A DNA stretch of 64,000 nucleotides from Lepidodermella squamata (GCA_047495785.1 JBLDXI010000058.1:62001-126000), one strand, 5' to 3'. Positions 1-11,069 are shown, numbered from the stretch's first letter. The notes: generated by a model not told the origin, from the letters alone. Translations and numbers: made by a program.

Positions 1-1660
1 TGTCGTCGCGGCCGAATATGACCGGTAAACGACGGGTGCGGACTTTTCTTTCTTCGAGCAGAAGCCTGGCAGGATCGCCGGTCTTGACACAGCGGCGTGC
101 GTCGTCGTATGCGACAGCGAACTCGTTCTCGTTGAAGGTCACAGCATGGCGAATGATTACACTTCGAGTGGCTGGATCGAATAGCCTGGACCCTTTTTGT
201 TCCAACGAGTAGCCGACGAAACGGTAGGTCTTCGCCTTCGCGTCGAACTTAGTGCGGTACTTGTCTGCAATGTGGGCGTACGCAATGCAGCCGAACGGGC
301 GCAGAAGCGAGACGTCAGGTGCGCGGCCGTGCAGGATTTCAAAAGGCGCCCGGAACGGAATCAGGCACCCGATTCAATGTAAAGACGGAGTAGCTGGCCG
401 CCTCGCCCCAGAAATACTTCGCAGCGCCGGCGTGAATCATGCTCCTACGCGATAACTCGGTCACCGTACGAATGGCGCGCTCGGCCACGCCGTTTTGCTC
501 CGGGGTATCGGCCACCGTCAGCTCGTGCTTGGTCCCACGCTCGGCCAGGTACGCCTTCGTCTCGTTCGACACTTATTAGCCACCACCGTCGGTTCGGAAA
601 CGCGCGATATTTTTACGCTGGGAGTTCGTCACTTCAGCCTCGAAGATCTTATACTTTTCGAAGACGTCAGATTTGTGGGCTATGAGAAAAACCTATACGT
701 GGTGAGAATAATCGTTAACCATGAGCAGAAGCCATCTCGCGCGCCACCAAGAGATTCGACTTCTACCGGGCCGGCGACGTCGGAATGTACCAGATCGAGG
801 TCATCTTCTGACCGGTCGTGCTCGGCGGTGAGCTTCAAGCAACGAGACTGCGGCGACGGCTCTGGACGTGTTGACGCGCAGTTAGTACAAGCCCTCGTTC
901 TGGTCAGCGACCCCAACGGCGCGCTGAGAGTCGCCCTGGAAGACGAGCGCTTTCTCGGGCCCAAAACGAAGTAAGCCAGCGATTGAGGCAGCGTAGACCC
1001 TCAGGAGATTTGTAGCCAAAGCAGGGACGAACAGGACATTCTTGATAGATACGCGAATCCGCTTCCCATCATTGACCACCGCTAGGACGGTGCCAGTCTT
1101 CGACGCGGGAATTCGGCGTCCATCACCGAGCTTAACGTAAATCTCGAGCGGCTCAATATCCGATAATGCTGAAAGATCGTTCGTCATATGCATTGTCGCC
1201 CCGGAGTCGGCCATCCAGCGCCGATCAATTGGCTCGCCAACGACAGCTTCGCGACCCAGTGTCGTTTTTACCAAGTTGGCGGACACGAATCGAATCCGCC
1301 TGGGCACTCCCCCCTCACGACCGAGAGAGTGACGGAGGTAGTGCAACTCGCGCAGTTCGTGTCGCAGGTCGCTGGGTTCTCGGTCGACGACAGCTCGAAA
1401 CGCGGTTGGACCAGAACTCGCACCTTGGTCTCCGTCGCGACGCATATGCGTGACGCATCTTCGACCAGCGCTCACACAGATCGGCCCGTTGGCCGACGCG
1501 GTTACACTTTCGACACGATATGTTTTTGTCATGGCTGTACTTTTTGCACTCTTCAATCTTGTGGCCGCGGGCGTCGCAGTACGGGCAATTGAGAATAAAA
1601 TTCATTCGGCTTGTTTTCAATTTGTTTTCAAGTTTTAATATCGTTTTACGGAGTCGCCAC
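1..1660 (-). mobile_element. Degenerate Ty1/copia LTR retrotransposon gag-pol fragment (zinc knuckles, protease, integrase, SH3-like domain); RT/RNaseH would lie beyond the left edge
   Basis: Minus-strand motifs in copia order, split by frameshifts and stops: CPYCDARGHKIEEC and CRKCNRVGQRADLC knuckles; WMADSGATMHMTND protease; IKNVLFVPALATNLL; DLVHSDVAGP; RFRTDGG; TPEQNGVAER integrase; FVGYSLEQKGSRLFDP. The integrase HHCC finger is not visible. Confidence 0.93.
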
Positions 1661-2460
1661 ACTGGTGGTCAGACGTCACGGCAGCGGACAGCCACTGAAG
1701 TTTTGCCTGGTTCCGCTCAAGACGGTAGACATACCTGCAACAGCAGCACTGAGTTGAGCAGTTGATTGCTGGTCGGGGGCCGGCGAGAACACAGAGGGAG
1801 CGGGGTGAGACGGAGGGATCAGCGGCGAAGGCGCGGCAGTAGCATGGGCAAAACTGCGACCCGGCACCCCAGGCGACAACTTGCCACTGCCAGTGGCACC
1901 CGCGGCGAGCTTCTTAATTTTCGCGGCGGCGTGAGCACGGCGGGATTCCACTTCAGCAGCCTGCGCAACTTTGAACGCTGGGCAGCCGCGCCAGGTACTG
2001 AAGTGGTGAAACGGAGCGTCGCCATCCCGGCAGTTGCAGCAGTAGGCCTGTTCAGATGTCGCCTGGCAGCTCTCGGTGAGGTGACATTGTCGATGATCAT
2101 GACGCGCTTGCTAACGGGGTTGGTGGGGGCTGGGGCTCGACGAGGGGCGCCCGCAGCAGCAGAAGCAACGGGCGGCGGGGCCTTCGGCCCACCACTGGCC
2201 GGTGGCGCAGCGGACGTAGCTGCTAGAGCCTGAAACTCCCAAGGGAAACTCCCTATCAGCATCCATCTGGTCGTTCGAGGATGACGGTGAAGCAGCAGCG
2301 CCGCGGTGTTGCGAGACGAGAGCTTTCACCTCCGCAATCGCGGTGGCGGACAGGCCCTTAATGTTGATCTTCTTCGGCAGCCGCTCGCAGCCAATAGCAG
2401 ACGCAGGCGGCGGGACATCCGGCTTTTGCTTCTTCTTCGAGACGCCACCCTCAGGCGCAT
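1660..2460 (-). other. GC-rich Ala/Pro/Ser-rich frameshifted reading frame; possibly the gag N-terminus of the copia element or ORF1 of another retroelement
   Basis: Overlapping low-complexity ORFs at 1676-1951, 1819-2262 and 2111-2329, directly upstream of the zinc knuckles. No diagnostic motif. Confidence 0.3.
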
Positions 2461-2819
2461 GTTGGTAATGTTATCGGTTAACCACACACTTACTGACGGA
2501 GTTAGTCGCAGCCGAAGCCTATAGGTATTTGAAAAAATAGCGGGATTGAAAATTTTAGTGAAATCAGTAACTGGTGGGAAACATGCGCATCAGGCCTAAG
2601 GATAGCATGTGGTTGCCGATTTTCCGATTCCTTCCTTAATTTGCTGGAAATCCAAAAAATTCGATTTTTTTGCTTGGCTGAAAAAAAATTCCGCTTTGAA
2701 AGGGTTAATGTCAACATCGGGCCGGCGGCGACTAGATGTCGCAGATCCGGAGTCAGCATGAAATAAGGTGTCGCTGCAGATAACAGGCGATCACCGACAA
2801 ACAAATATAAATTGATAGC

Positions 2820-3899
2820 CCAACCTCAGAAAAGTTATAATTCAGTCGCAGATAGTTAGTGATGAGATTAACGGTTTTCCCCGGTACACCGTACGGACGC
2901 AGTATGGCACAGAGCGTAGTTCTTTGGATGCTGCTGAAGGCTTTTTTGAAGCCAGCAAATTCATCCAAAGCTCCTCGTTTCATTCGACGCATTGCTCGAC
3001 TATGTTTCGCAAAGCAAAAATAATGTCGGCGCATCTTCGGCTGTTTGCATTCGGTATAGAATGACACGACAGACTTTGCTGGGAACTGACTGTAGGGTTA
3101 TTCCTGGCAAGTTGTCGCAGCTGCTCAGGCCGCCCTTTTTCGGCAGTTTTGTTATCAAACTCTTTCTCCAGTCGTCCGGGATATCCTCCTTGGACCAATG
3201 TCGCTAAATTGGCCTATCAGTGTATCCCCGATAGCGTCAACATCAACTCGGGATCCGTCAGGACCAGCTGCGTTACCATTTTATTCTAGTTGGCTCAGCG
3301 CGGTGACGATTTCAGCCTTTGTTGGTGGGTTTCTAGCAATCGCCAAATCGACCGTAGCTGAGTTTCCATCGAGTTCTGGTTCGGGCGCTTTCAGCACTCG
3401 ATCGAAGCGAAGTGCCTCTTCCACATCGCCATTTGGTCACGTTCCGTCGTCAGCTTTCTTCCATCCTCGTCGAAAATCACTCCACCGTCGCGGCTTTTTG
3501 TTCCAACCAGCTGTGTGATTATCGGCTCGTACAGCCGTCTGAGGCCTCCTTATCTGCTGTTACTTGCACTTCGCTCCGTCCTCCGTTCACCTCCCGGTTC
3601 TTCGCTTCGTAACGTGCGTTGAGGGGTAATCGTGCCAGATCAGATTGATTTCTCTGCCTGAGCAAGCCGATTTCCCTTCTCTCATCAATGAGTTTCCAAG
3701 TACGATTTGTGATGTAGGTTTTACCTTCGCGGAGAACCTGCCCCAAGTTGTACTTGGCGGCATCGCCAATTCCGCTTTTCAATAACGACCATTGCTGTTC
3801 GCCGTCGCCCTTTGCTGTCCGACAGGCCGCCAGGGATTTTCTGACGACCCATATGAACTGAAGTTTATGTTCGGTGAGCGCGAGTTTGAACAGCCTCAC
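2820..3899 (-). mobile_element. RTE-like non-LTR retrotransposon, internal linker/RT fragment (pseudogenised)
   Basis: RTWKLIDERREI, AAGPDG, RRCADIIFALRNIVEQCVE and FAGFKKAFSSIQRTTLCAILRPYGVPGKTVNLI match RTE RT-region motifs, in different frames. Confidence 0.85.
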
Positions 3900-3901
3900 T
3901 C

Positions 3902-4400
3902 TTTTTTTTTATTTATTGAAACATTTCAGGCGCGCACGGTTGGCTATAGCGCAAGCCCTAGGTCATTAATAAATGTTTTGAAGAGCTCGACATTGATCAC
4001 TGATGGGAACACAACAGATGTAGGAAGATTATTCCATTATTCCACGTCAACGATGATTTTGCACGAGTAGGTCACTACTCCTACAAAACGGCGTTGCCCA
4101 AGGGGTTGCAGCGTGGCTCCAATGATTTTGCAGAATCTGACCTGTACGGCATCCAGTTTTCGAGAGGAGTCGCGGGAGCCGTAAGCGTACATGGCGCCAT
4201 ACCAAATTCTAGGCACGGTAGTGCGTAGGCTTTGAAGGCAACCCCTAGTTGCCGTGTGGATAGGTAGGATCTCAATCTCAGCAGCTGCGTTACCGCTGTG
4301 TTGGCTTGGCCTACTTTCTTAATGATGCATTTTTCCATAGTGAGACCAGAGTCAAGCACCGCAGCCCTAGCAGCGTCGTTGCCTGCGAGATAACAGGCTC
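3902..4400 (-). mobile_element. CR1/L2/Jockey-like LINE 3' fragment with poly(A) end
   Basis: Post-RT thumb motifs TLLG..LDSGLTMEKCI..AFKAYALPCLEFG and WNNLP. On the minus strand AATAAA is followed by an A-run at 3902-3910. Confidence 0.75.
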
Positions 4401-4976
4401 TTCTCCTTCTTCACTGGCTTCCCTCGTCTTACCACATCTGAAGCGGGTGTAGCTGAATTTTGTGTCGACGTGCTTCTTGGGGTCCATTGAGACGTAGCTA
4501 CGTCTCATGTTGAGACCCGGTGCGCCTGTGCCCACTGAGTCGCTTTGAAGCGTTGAAGTCGCCCCTGACTATTAATAGGTCATGTTTAGGGACCTGCGAG
4601 ACTGCTCTGGCTCATAAAACGCCTCCTTTGCCTCCTCCTGCAACCCCGAATCGTTTCCGCATGGGTACATGAACTGTCTAGACTCCGCCTTCCTTTCGGG
4701 TTTGGGCGCGCCCGTACATTCTGCCTGCGCTCTCTGCTCTGTACATTTCGCTGGTTTGGTTTTAAGTAGCTATTTTTTGTTTCTAACACGGTTCCCATTT
4801 TTTGTACAGTAGAGTCGGTGAAACCACGCGTTAACCACCGACCTAGTGGGAGGGCACTGCTGCTGGTCCGTTGCCTGCACGTTTAGCTGGACACAAGTCG
4901 CAGCCAACGGAGTATTCGTACAGCGCACAAACTTCAATACGCCAACTTTAAGGCCGCAGTAGCTTCGTGAGCACCT

Positions 4977-5005
4977 CGTTCGTGGCGCGGAAGAACCCGC
5001 ACTTC
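4977..5005 (+). repeat. Left terminal inverted repeat CGTTCGTGGCGCGGAAGAACCCGCACTTC
   Basis: Exact reverse complement of 8513-8541. Confidence 0.97.
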
Positions 5006-5021
5006 GATGATTTTTTGCCTT

Positions 5022-5209
5022 GAGCTGTACTACGCGGAGTACAGCCTTAGACACTGTACTGAGTGGTACAGCATTTATGGGCTGTACTCTCGAATACAGC
5101 ACACGGACTGTGTACACTGTGTACAGCCAAGGGAAGGGCTGTACTGCCCAGTACAGCCATCTAGACCGTACTGCCCAGTACAGCCATGTGGACCGTACTG
5201 CCCAGTACT
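5022..5209. repeat. Left subterminal array of CTGTAC-N5-8-GTACAG palindromes
   Basis: About 7 degenerate units, e.g. GGCTGTACTGCCCAGTACAGCC. Confidence 0.9.
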
Positions 5210-5273
5210 TTAAGACATCATTCCATAGATCACCCCGTTCTCCATGCATCATTCATTTCGACTTCAATGTTAC

Positions 5274-6590
5274 TTATTCATTAGGGATTATTTCCATTTT
5301 CAGCATTTCGAGGAGATCTGCCATAAGAGCATAAGGCAGCGGAATCGGGGAACTTCTCAGTCTCACAGGGGGCCCAGATGGTACTTTCTTCAGCGCGTTG
5401 ACTGAGAGCGAGTATGTTTTCTCCGGCCACTTTGCTTCGTAGCCATCGCGTACGGAAATAGTCCGCAGTCCCTTCTCGTACCTGAACCAGACGCCTTCGG
5501 ACCAAGGCAGATAATCGCTTTTAGTGCTAGGTTTCGCTCCAAGACCAAAAAAATTCGAGTTCAAATTATTGCTTGCCCTCCAATTTTTTGCCTTTCGAAG
5601 TTTTGAGGTGAAGCTGGGTTCGCCATGAAAGTCCAGCTGTTGATCCCACGTCAGCTCGTGAACTACAAATGGCTTATCAGGACGGCAAATTCGGGCAACT
5701 TCCCGCCAGTCCGTTGAGAAATTGATGGAATAGCGGCTGCTTCTACGCTCGATTAACCTGGAAAATACGATAAACGACATCATCATGTGAACATGAATGG
5801 CACTTTACGCACGAGTGAGTGTGATCAACGACCATCATGGTATGATTCGCTTGGAAGAATTTGTGATGCACATGCTGCAGCTGAGATGTGGCGTTCTGTA
5901 ACGCGAACATGATCGAACATGATCGAACATGATGAACATGTTTGAAAAATAGCTGCTGTGGTTTCCCGTGCCGTTGTCGCTGTAGATGATGAGGGTGCGG
6001 CAATCTGGATGATAGACCGGTAGATACTTTGTGATGTAAAGATAAATCGCTGAGCCGGCAGAGCTGCCATCAGGATGTTCCAAGTCTGTCTCGTCAGACA
6101 TGAAACAAAATGTTTCTTTCGAAACCATTTCGTAGATCACTGAAATATATGAAATTAGCTCAAAATCAATAACTTTCAAACTAAAATTACCGCAATTCCA
6201 GGTTTTGAGTTTTCTGAAGTGATAGTTCGCATCAGAAATAGCCGGACTCAGCAAGGCTTTTTCATAATCCAACTGCACCACAACGACATCAGGTTTATCC
6301 CGGGCCAATTTCGTATCAGCTTTGCAAGCTCGTCGAGCAGCGTTTTTCAAGTACAAATGAGCTTGAAAAATCGTTTTACGACTGTTGTCAACTTTTTTTT
6401 GGCGAAGGCGCAGCTGAAATTTTCGGCATTTACAGCATTTATCTTTTTTAGTTAATTTGAGCGAGAGTTCAGGGTAAGCTTCGCGTAAAATCCTTTTGAA
6501 TGAAGTGAAGCCCAAAGGCAACAGTCCGGAAGGTACCTCTGAGAAGTGCTTCAAGTATAGCCATCAAACATTTCTTTTTGAGGAATTAGA
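5274..6590 (-). pseudogene. Sola DDD transposase, C-terminal half, with two introns and a frameshift
   Basis: Motifs KKDKCCKC, QLDYEKALLSP..YHFRKLKTWN, LIIYSDN and HKFFQANHTMMVVDHTHS-LIER. GT-AG introns at 6190-6140 (51 nt) and 5812-5758 (55 nt) restore the motifs. Two extra copies of GATCATGTTC near 5905-5930 cause a frameshift, and there is an in-frame TGA near 6563. Confidence 0.85.
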
Positions 6591-6677
6591 ATTTCCAAAG
6601 AAAATCAAAATATTTCAAATTCTCGTCAAGTCCTCAACTTTGCGAGCCAAGCCACCATCACGCCTATCCGCCATCAT

Positions 6678-6950
6678 CTATCGCCGAGCTTCGCCTGACA
6701 TGACGATTACCTCAAGAATTCCTGTATTTAGCTCCAAAGCTAAATTTAGATCATCTTCATCTTCAATGACGACGTGATGCTCATCGTCGCACCAGAATAG
6801 CCCGTAATCATCGGCATTAAATAAATCTCGAAAAACTCCGTAGCATTTCGTTTTGACGTGAATCAACGGATTCTCACAGTCATCTTTAATTTTTACATAG
6901 CGAGCCCACTGAGCCCCCAAAACTGAAAATGTAACGATATTTCCAGGCAT
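6678..6950 (-). CDS. 90-aa PB1-domain-like (ubiquitin beta-grasp) ORF inside the Sola element
   Basis: YGLFWCDDEHHVVIEDEDDLNLALELNTGILEVIV resembles the acidic OPCA motif of PB1 domains (L.Y.D.EGD.V.I.SDEDL..A). The length matches one PB1 domain. The ATG is preceded by TTTTTTTAG. Confidence 0.6.
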   Translation of the reverse strand: MPGNIVTFSVLGAQWARYVKIKDDCENPLIHVKTKCYGVFRDLFNADDYGLFWCDDEHHVVIEDEDDLNLALELNTGILEVIVMSGEARR

Positions 6951-6967
6951 TTTATCTAAAAAAAGCT

Positions 6968-7333
6968 TTACGAGGACGCTGTCTTCTTATGAGAGAAAAA
7001 ATTGAACCAAGACGAGGAAGATTTGTTCTCGTCATTTTGGCTTTTCTTTTTGTCGGATTTACCCTTGGTTTTCAGCTTTTTCTTTTGATTAGCAGACGAA
7101 GCAGGCGGCGACAACGACGAAGGCTCTTCTCTGGCTTGCACTTCGCTTGGAACATCGGGCGATGGAAGGCTTTTCGCTCGATTCGAGTTGCCGTCACAAC
7201 CCGGTTTTGGTTGTGGGGGAAGAAAATCCTCAACCGTTGCGTACTGAGTAAGGCCCTCCATGCGAATAAAATTGTCTGTAAGTGGGGCAGGAGAGCGACA
7301 TCGCGCTCTCGCAGCATTTTTGTTGCTCTTAGT
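6968..7333 (-). pseudogene. Low-complexity Ser/Pro/Lys-rich accessory reading frame in the Sola element, interrupted at its 5' side by an RTE insertion
   Basis: The frame stays open from about 7333 (TKSNKNAARARCRSPAPL..MEGLTQ..KKTASS*). An acceptor-like TTTTTTAG lies on the other side of the RTE insert (7957-7964). Confidence 0.35.
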
Positions 7334-7951
7334 TAGATATGCGGAGTAACACTTAGGGACAGGATTCGCAATGAGGTCATTGGAAATATGTGTGGTTTAG
7401 AACAATTTACATTCAAAATTGCTAGGCGGCAACTTCGCTGGTACGGGCACGTCGCTCGCATGGACCCCGCCGTAAGGCTGGCAAGCCAGATGCGGTACTG
7501 GCAGCCGCCGGATGATACTTGGAATAGACCTCGAAGGCGACCAAAATTAAGGTGGATTGATTGCATCAAAAAACATTTTAACAAAATAGGGATTAACAAT
7601 TTTGAGGAGGCCGACGCCCTGGCCCAGGATAGAACTACTTGGAGACAAAAAATTCATAGTTATTTTGGTGAAAATGAAATATCAGAGTAAGGATGAGTTT
7701 TTGAGGTTGACGATCAGGATAGGTAGCTTGCTCCTCCTCCGACACTCGGTTCGCTTGGCGTGAACAAAATTTACATCACGCCCGGCGAATTGGGTCCACC
7801 GGAGTGCATTTTATTTTATCATTTTTCCTTCTCATTTTTGTTTCTTCGTTTCTGTAATTGAACTCAATTGTTTTTGTTATGTTATTGTTGATCAATTAAT
7901 GAAGGAAAAGATAAAATAAAGAAAATGCTATGCTATGCTATGCTAAATGCT
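7333..7951 (+). mobile_element. 5'-truncated RTE-clade LINE (C-terminus, 3'UTR and (ATGCT)n tail) inserted in the Sola element
   Basis: RRQLRWYGHVARMD..RPRRRPKLRWID..AQDRTTWR is the typical RTE C-terminus. AATAAA at 7915-7920 and (ATGCT)4+1 tail at 7925-7951. Confidence 0.9.
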
Positions 7952-8253
7952 ATTATCTAAAAAATTTCAAAATGAGTGAACCAAGCCGAACATTGATGAA
8001 AAACATGGACGATCGTATGAAAACGGGCAATGTACCGAGATTGATCTAAGAATGCTTTGACTTTCGTCAAATTTATGAGAAAACCTGAATAAATCGGCTT
8101 CCGGCATATTTCATTTCGGGCAAATCGTGCATCCGATTGCTCATAAATTCTTGTTATTTAAAATCAAAATCCCATTTATTACCATCAAATTGTTTTATTG
8201 TCGTCATCTGACCCACAAACAAGTCGCAATTCCTGTTTACATTAGCCTAATTA

Positions 8254-8499
8254 GGCTGTACCTCTACAGTACGGTGACCGCGGTGCTGTAAACTGCGAGT
8301 ACAGTGATTCGGGCTGTACTTTGAGTACGGTAATGCTGACTGTACTGCTGACTACAGCCTGCCATTCAGCTGTACTTCTGAGTACAGCCTAATGAGCTGT
8401 ACTTCAGGTACAGCCTCGAAAAGACTGTACAATAAAAGTACAGCAGTAGGCTGTACCCGAGAGTACAGCCGGGTGTTGTGCTGTACTCGCTTGTACAGA
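8254..8499. repeat. Right subterminal array of CTGTAC-N5-7-GTACAG palindromes
   Basis: About 9 units at roughly 27-bp period, e.g. GCTGTACTTCTGAGTACAGC and GCTGTACCCGAGAGTACAGC. Confidence 0.9.
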
Positions 8500-8512
8500 C
8501 ACTTTTTTGCCT

Positions 8513-8541
8513 GAAGTGCGGGTTCTTCCGCGCCACGAACG
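8513..8541 (-). repeat. Right terminal inverted repeat
   Basis: Exact reverse complement of 4977-5005, followed by the ACCT duplication. Confidence 0.97.
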
Positions 8542-8629
8542 ACCTGAGATAAATAATTCCATCATTTAATTTGCATCAATAAATTTTTTGTTTTCGTTGG
8601 CGTTCCTCGGGCGCCAGCGAGACCGAAGA

Positions 8630-11069
8630 CTTGATTAATTCCCCACGTCGGGCGTCAATGCCCAAGCAGGCTCTGCCTGGCCTCTATCGAGGCATCACAC
8701 GGGTGGTCTGCGGGCGACCAGCGGATGACGAAGGCCGGAGGGGAGTTCATCATCTTCGAAAAGAGGTCGGCGTTCAAGGGAAGCGCGGGCGAGGAGCCAG
8801 GTGCACGAGGCTTATAAAAGATCGTTGAAAAATCAGTTGAGCCGTCGAAACCGTCATCGAAGGAATACCACCACATGCTTCGGTAAGCTCAAATGTAGGT
8901 CAAGCCGAACTGTTGACAAATACCGCCACTGGAGAATGGTATGGACACGAATGGCAAGACCTGCTGGGCGACTGGCGATCTAGAGAAAGCGGAGAGCTGT
9001 TGGCGGACCATTTTGTGTCAAAGATGGTGCTGCCCCCGAAAATTGGCGATTGGTAAATGAACGATTCGGAACCGCCAAACATTCTATCGTTCGGGTGACG
9101 AAAAAGGAAATAGCGAGGAGGCTCAAGGCTCTGCAGATAGGAAAATCGCCGGGACCCAGTGGCATACGGCCGAAACCGTTTGAGCTGAACGGATAGCCAA
9201 GCCGCTACTAACCCTGTGGAACAAGATGGTCAAAGATGTCAAAGAAGGTAACTGGCCTCACGTGTTTAAAATTGTCAACGTGTGTCCCCTGCACAAGAAA
9301 AACTTCAAGTCCAACAAAGGGAATTACAGGCCGGTTGGCATGGGTGATCGGCAAAACATTCGAGAACATCTTGGCGCAGGCGTTGGTTAAAGTGGTGATA
9401 GCGAATGGAATCATACCATCTGATCAGGCGGCATTCATGGCGGGTTGTGGAACGTCAGATATACTGCCGTTTTGCTGGTCGAAGTTCAATGGCTAAAAAT
9501 CGCGCGCCGTGAAACGCAGTGAAATTGAAACGTTTCGATTTTCAGGGCATTTAGTCACTTCGTCATTTCGTCATTTCGTAAATTTATATGACGAAACGAC
9601 TCGTAAATACATCGTAAATACATCGTTTCCATCGTTTTACATCGTTGTTAATTTTTTTTACTTTCAACTTTTAAAACTTTGCTACAATTTTTTATTCTCA
9701 TGGCTGTTGCTCCGGGAGAAAAGCGAAAGCTCGCTAACCAACTGACTGACTAACTGACACCGAATTCATGGCCGAGCTCAACTAGGCGATTGCGGAGACG
9801 CACCAACCCGAACGTAAGGTGGGCTTGCGGGAAATCTTGGATACAGTAAATACTTACGATGGTAAGGTTTCGCGACTCGTATTGATTGCTACTAATTCAT
9901 GAGTTCAAATAGTTAATACTGGTAACTGGTCTCCCTTACAAGTGCAAAAGCTTCGTCACATGCATTGCTTCATGGCGATGAGCGGCAAGTCAGCAGCAGC
10001 TCCCAGGTCTGCTTGGAAAGCCTGGATGTTCAAACACCCCGAAGATGATGACGGCGCGTTCGAACGCAACGTAAGCCACTAGGAAATCGCTGAAACTAAC
10101 AGCGGTCATCGACATCTTGTCGGCATTCAACGGCAGGAAGGATTTCCTCTTTAGACAGGCCGACGTCATTGGATGCAACTGTTGGACATCCTCTGGCAAG
10201 TCGCCATTCGGGGGGAAGCTCATGCTCTTCTTACCTAAAAGATCGTTGTTTTCTGTCTTAATAGCGGGTACAACCTCAAGCCTAAGAGCTGAAGAAGCAG
10301 GAATCTGCCAGGGCAGTGTGCTCGGCCCGACACTATGGATTGTATTCTAAGCTGGAATCAGCTTCTCCGTGAAACAGATCGGAAACGAGCCCAGTTACTC
10401 ACCTCCGCAGACATATACGTTTGCAGATGATGTCAACATTGGAGGTTCGGTGCTGGAAGATGTGGAAAAGGGAGAAGGGCGAGTAACCAGATGGTCACAG
10501 GCTCACAGAGACGAAAAAGTGGCGAGAGCGACGATAGTTGTAACACAGCAACTACGACTACGGCCAAATCTGTCGAAACACCACCTGGATAAGGCTTTCA
10601 AAATGAATGTCCTGCCCCTCCGGGACTGCGGAATGGTGGGCTAGCTCACGCGTCTACAACGGTACTTGATCGGTTAGAGGCGGTCTAAGAACGCTTCTGC
10701 AAACCGACCGGCGTCGACCTATTGCCACTGGAAAAACGTGGTCGTTTTGTGGGCATCATGACTTGTCTATCCAAGGTCATCGTGGCTCACCCCAGTTGAA
10801 CTACTCGAACCAAGAAGCGATACGCGAACGCTTCGCGGTTCGCTTGCATGACACCATGTGCGTCTGCTAACACCGTGGCAAATTGCAGTTCAGCGAAATT
10901 CAGGTACTGAGATCGAACCACTACAACCTGTGATATCCTCACAGCCTGGAACAAACTACCCACCAAAGGCTTCCCCGAAAATACTGACATTAACTTTTTC
11001 AAATTACAGATGAACTCGCTATGCCTTAATATTTGATTAGAGCCAAAAATATTCAGTAAATAGAAAAAG
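8630..11069 (+). mobile_element. Degenerate CR1/Jockey-like LINE ORF2 (RT), interrupted by an unrelated insert at about 9490-9980
   Basis: EKAELLADHF, KSPGPSGI, PLHKK..NYRP, DQAAF, GICQGSVLGPTLW, FADD and AWNKLP occur in order with stops and frameshifts. A-rich 3' end near 11057-11071. Confidence 0.85.

Larger units (their letters stand above)
4977..8541 (-). mobile_element. Sola-type (probably Sola1) DNA transposon with both ends intact, non-autonomous
   Basis: Perfect 29-bp TIRs (4977-5005 and 8513-8541), 4-bp direct flanks ACCT (4973-4976 and 8542-8545), internal DDD transposase remnant and subterminal repeats. Confidence 0.88.

Noticed and set aside
6956-7007. Splicing of the Lys-rich ORF onto the PB1-like ORF
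   Set aside because: Both candidate donors (6971 and 7007) produce an immediate stop, and one implied intron would be only 16 nt.
8254-8499. CRISPR-like or LexA-box-like palindromic repeats
   Set aside because: The units are degenerate with spacers under 15 nt, there are no cas genes, and they lie inside eukaryotic TIRs. The spacing is mostly CTGT-N10-ACAG, not the N8 of an SOS box.
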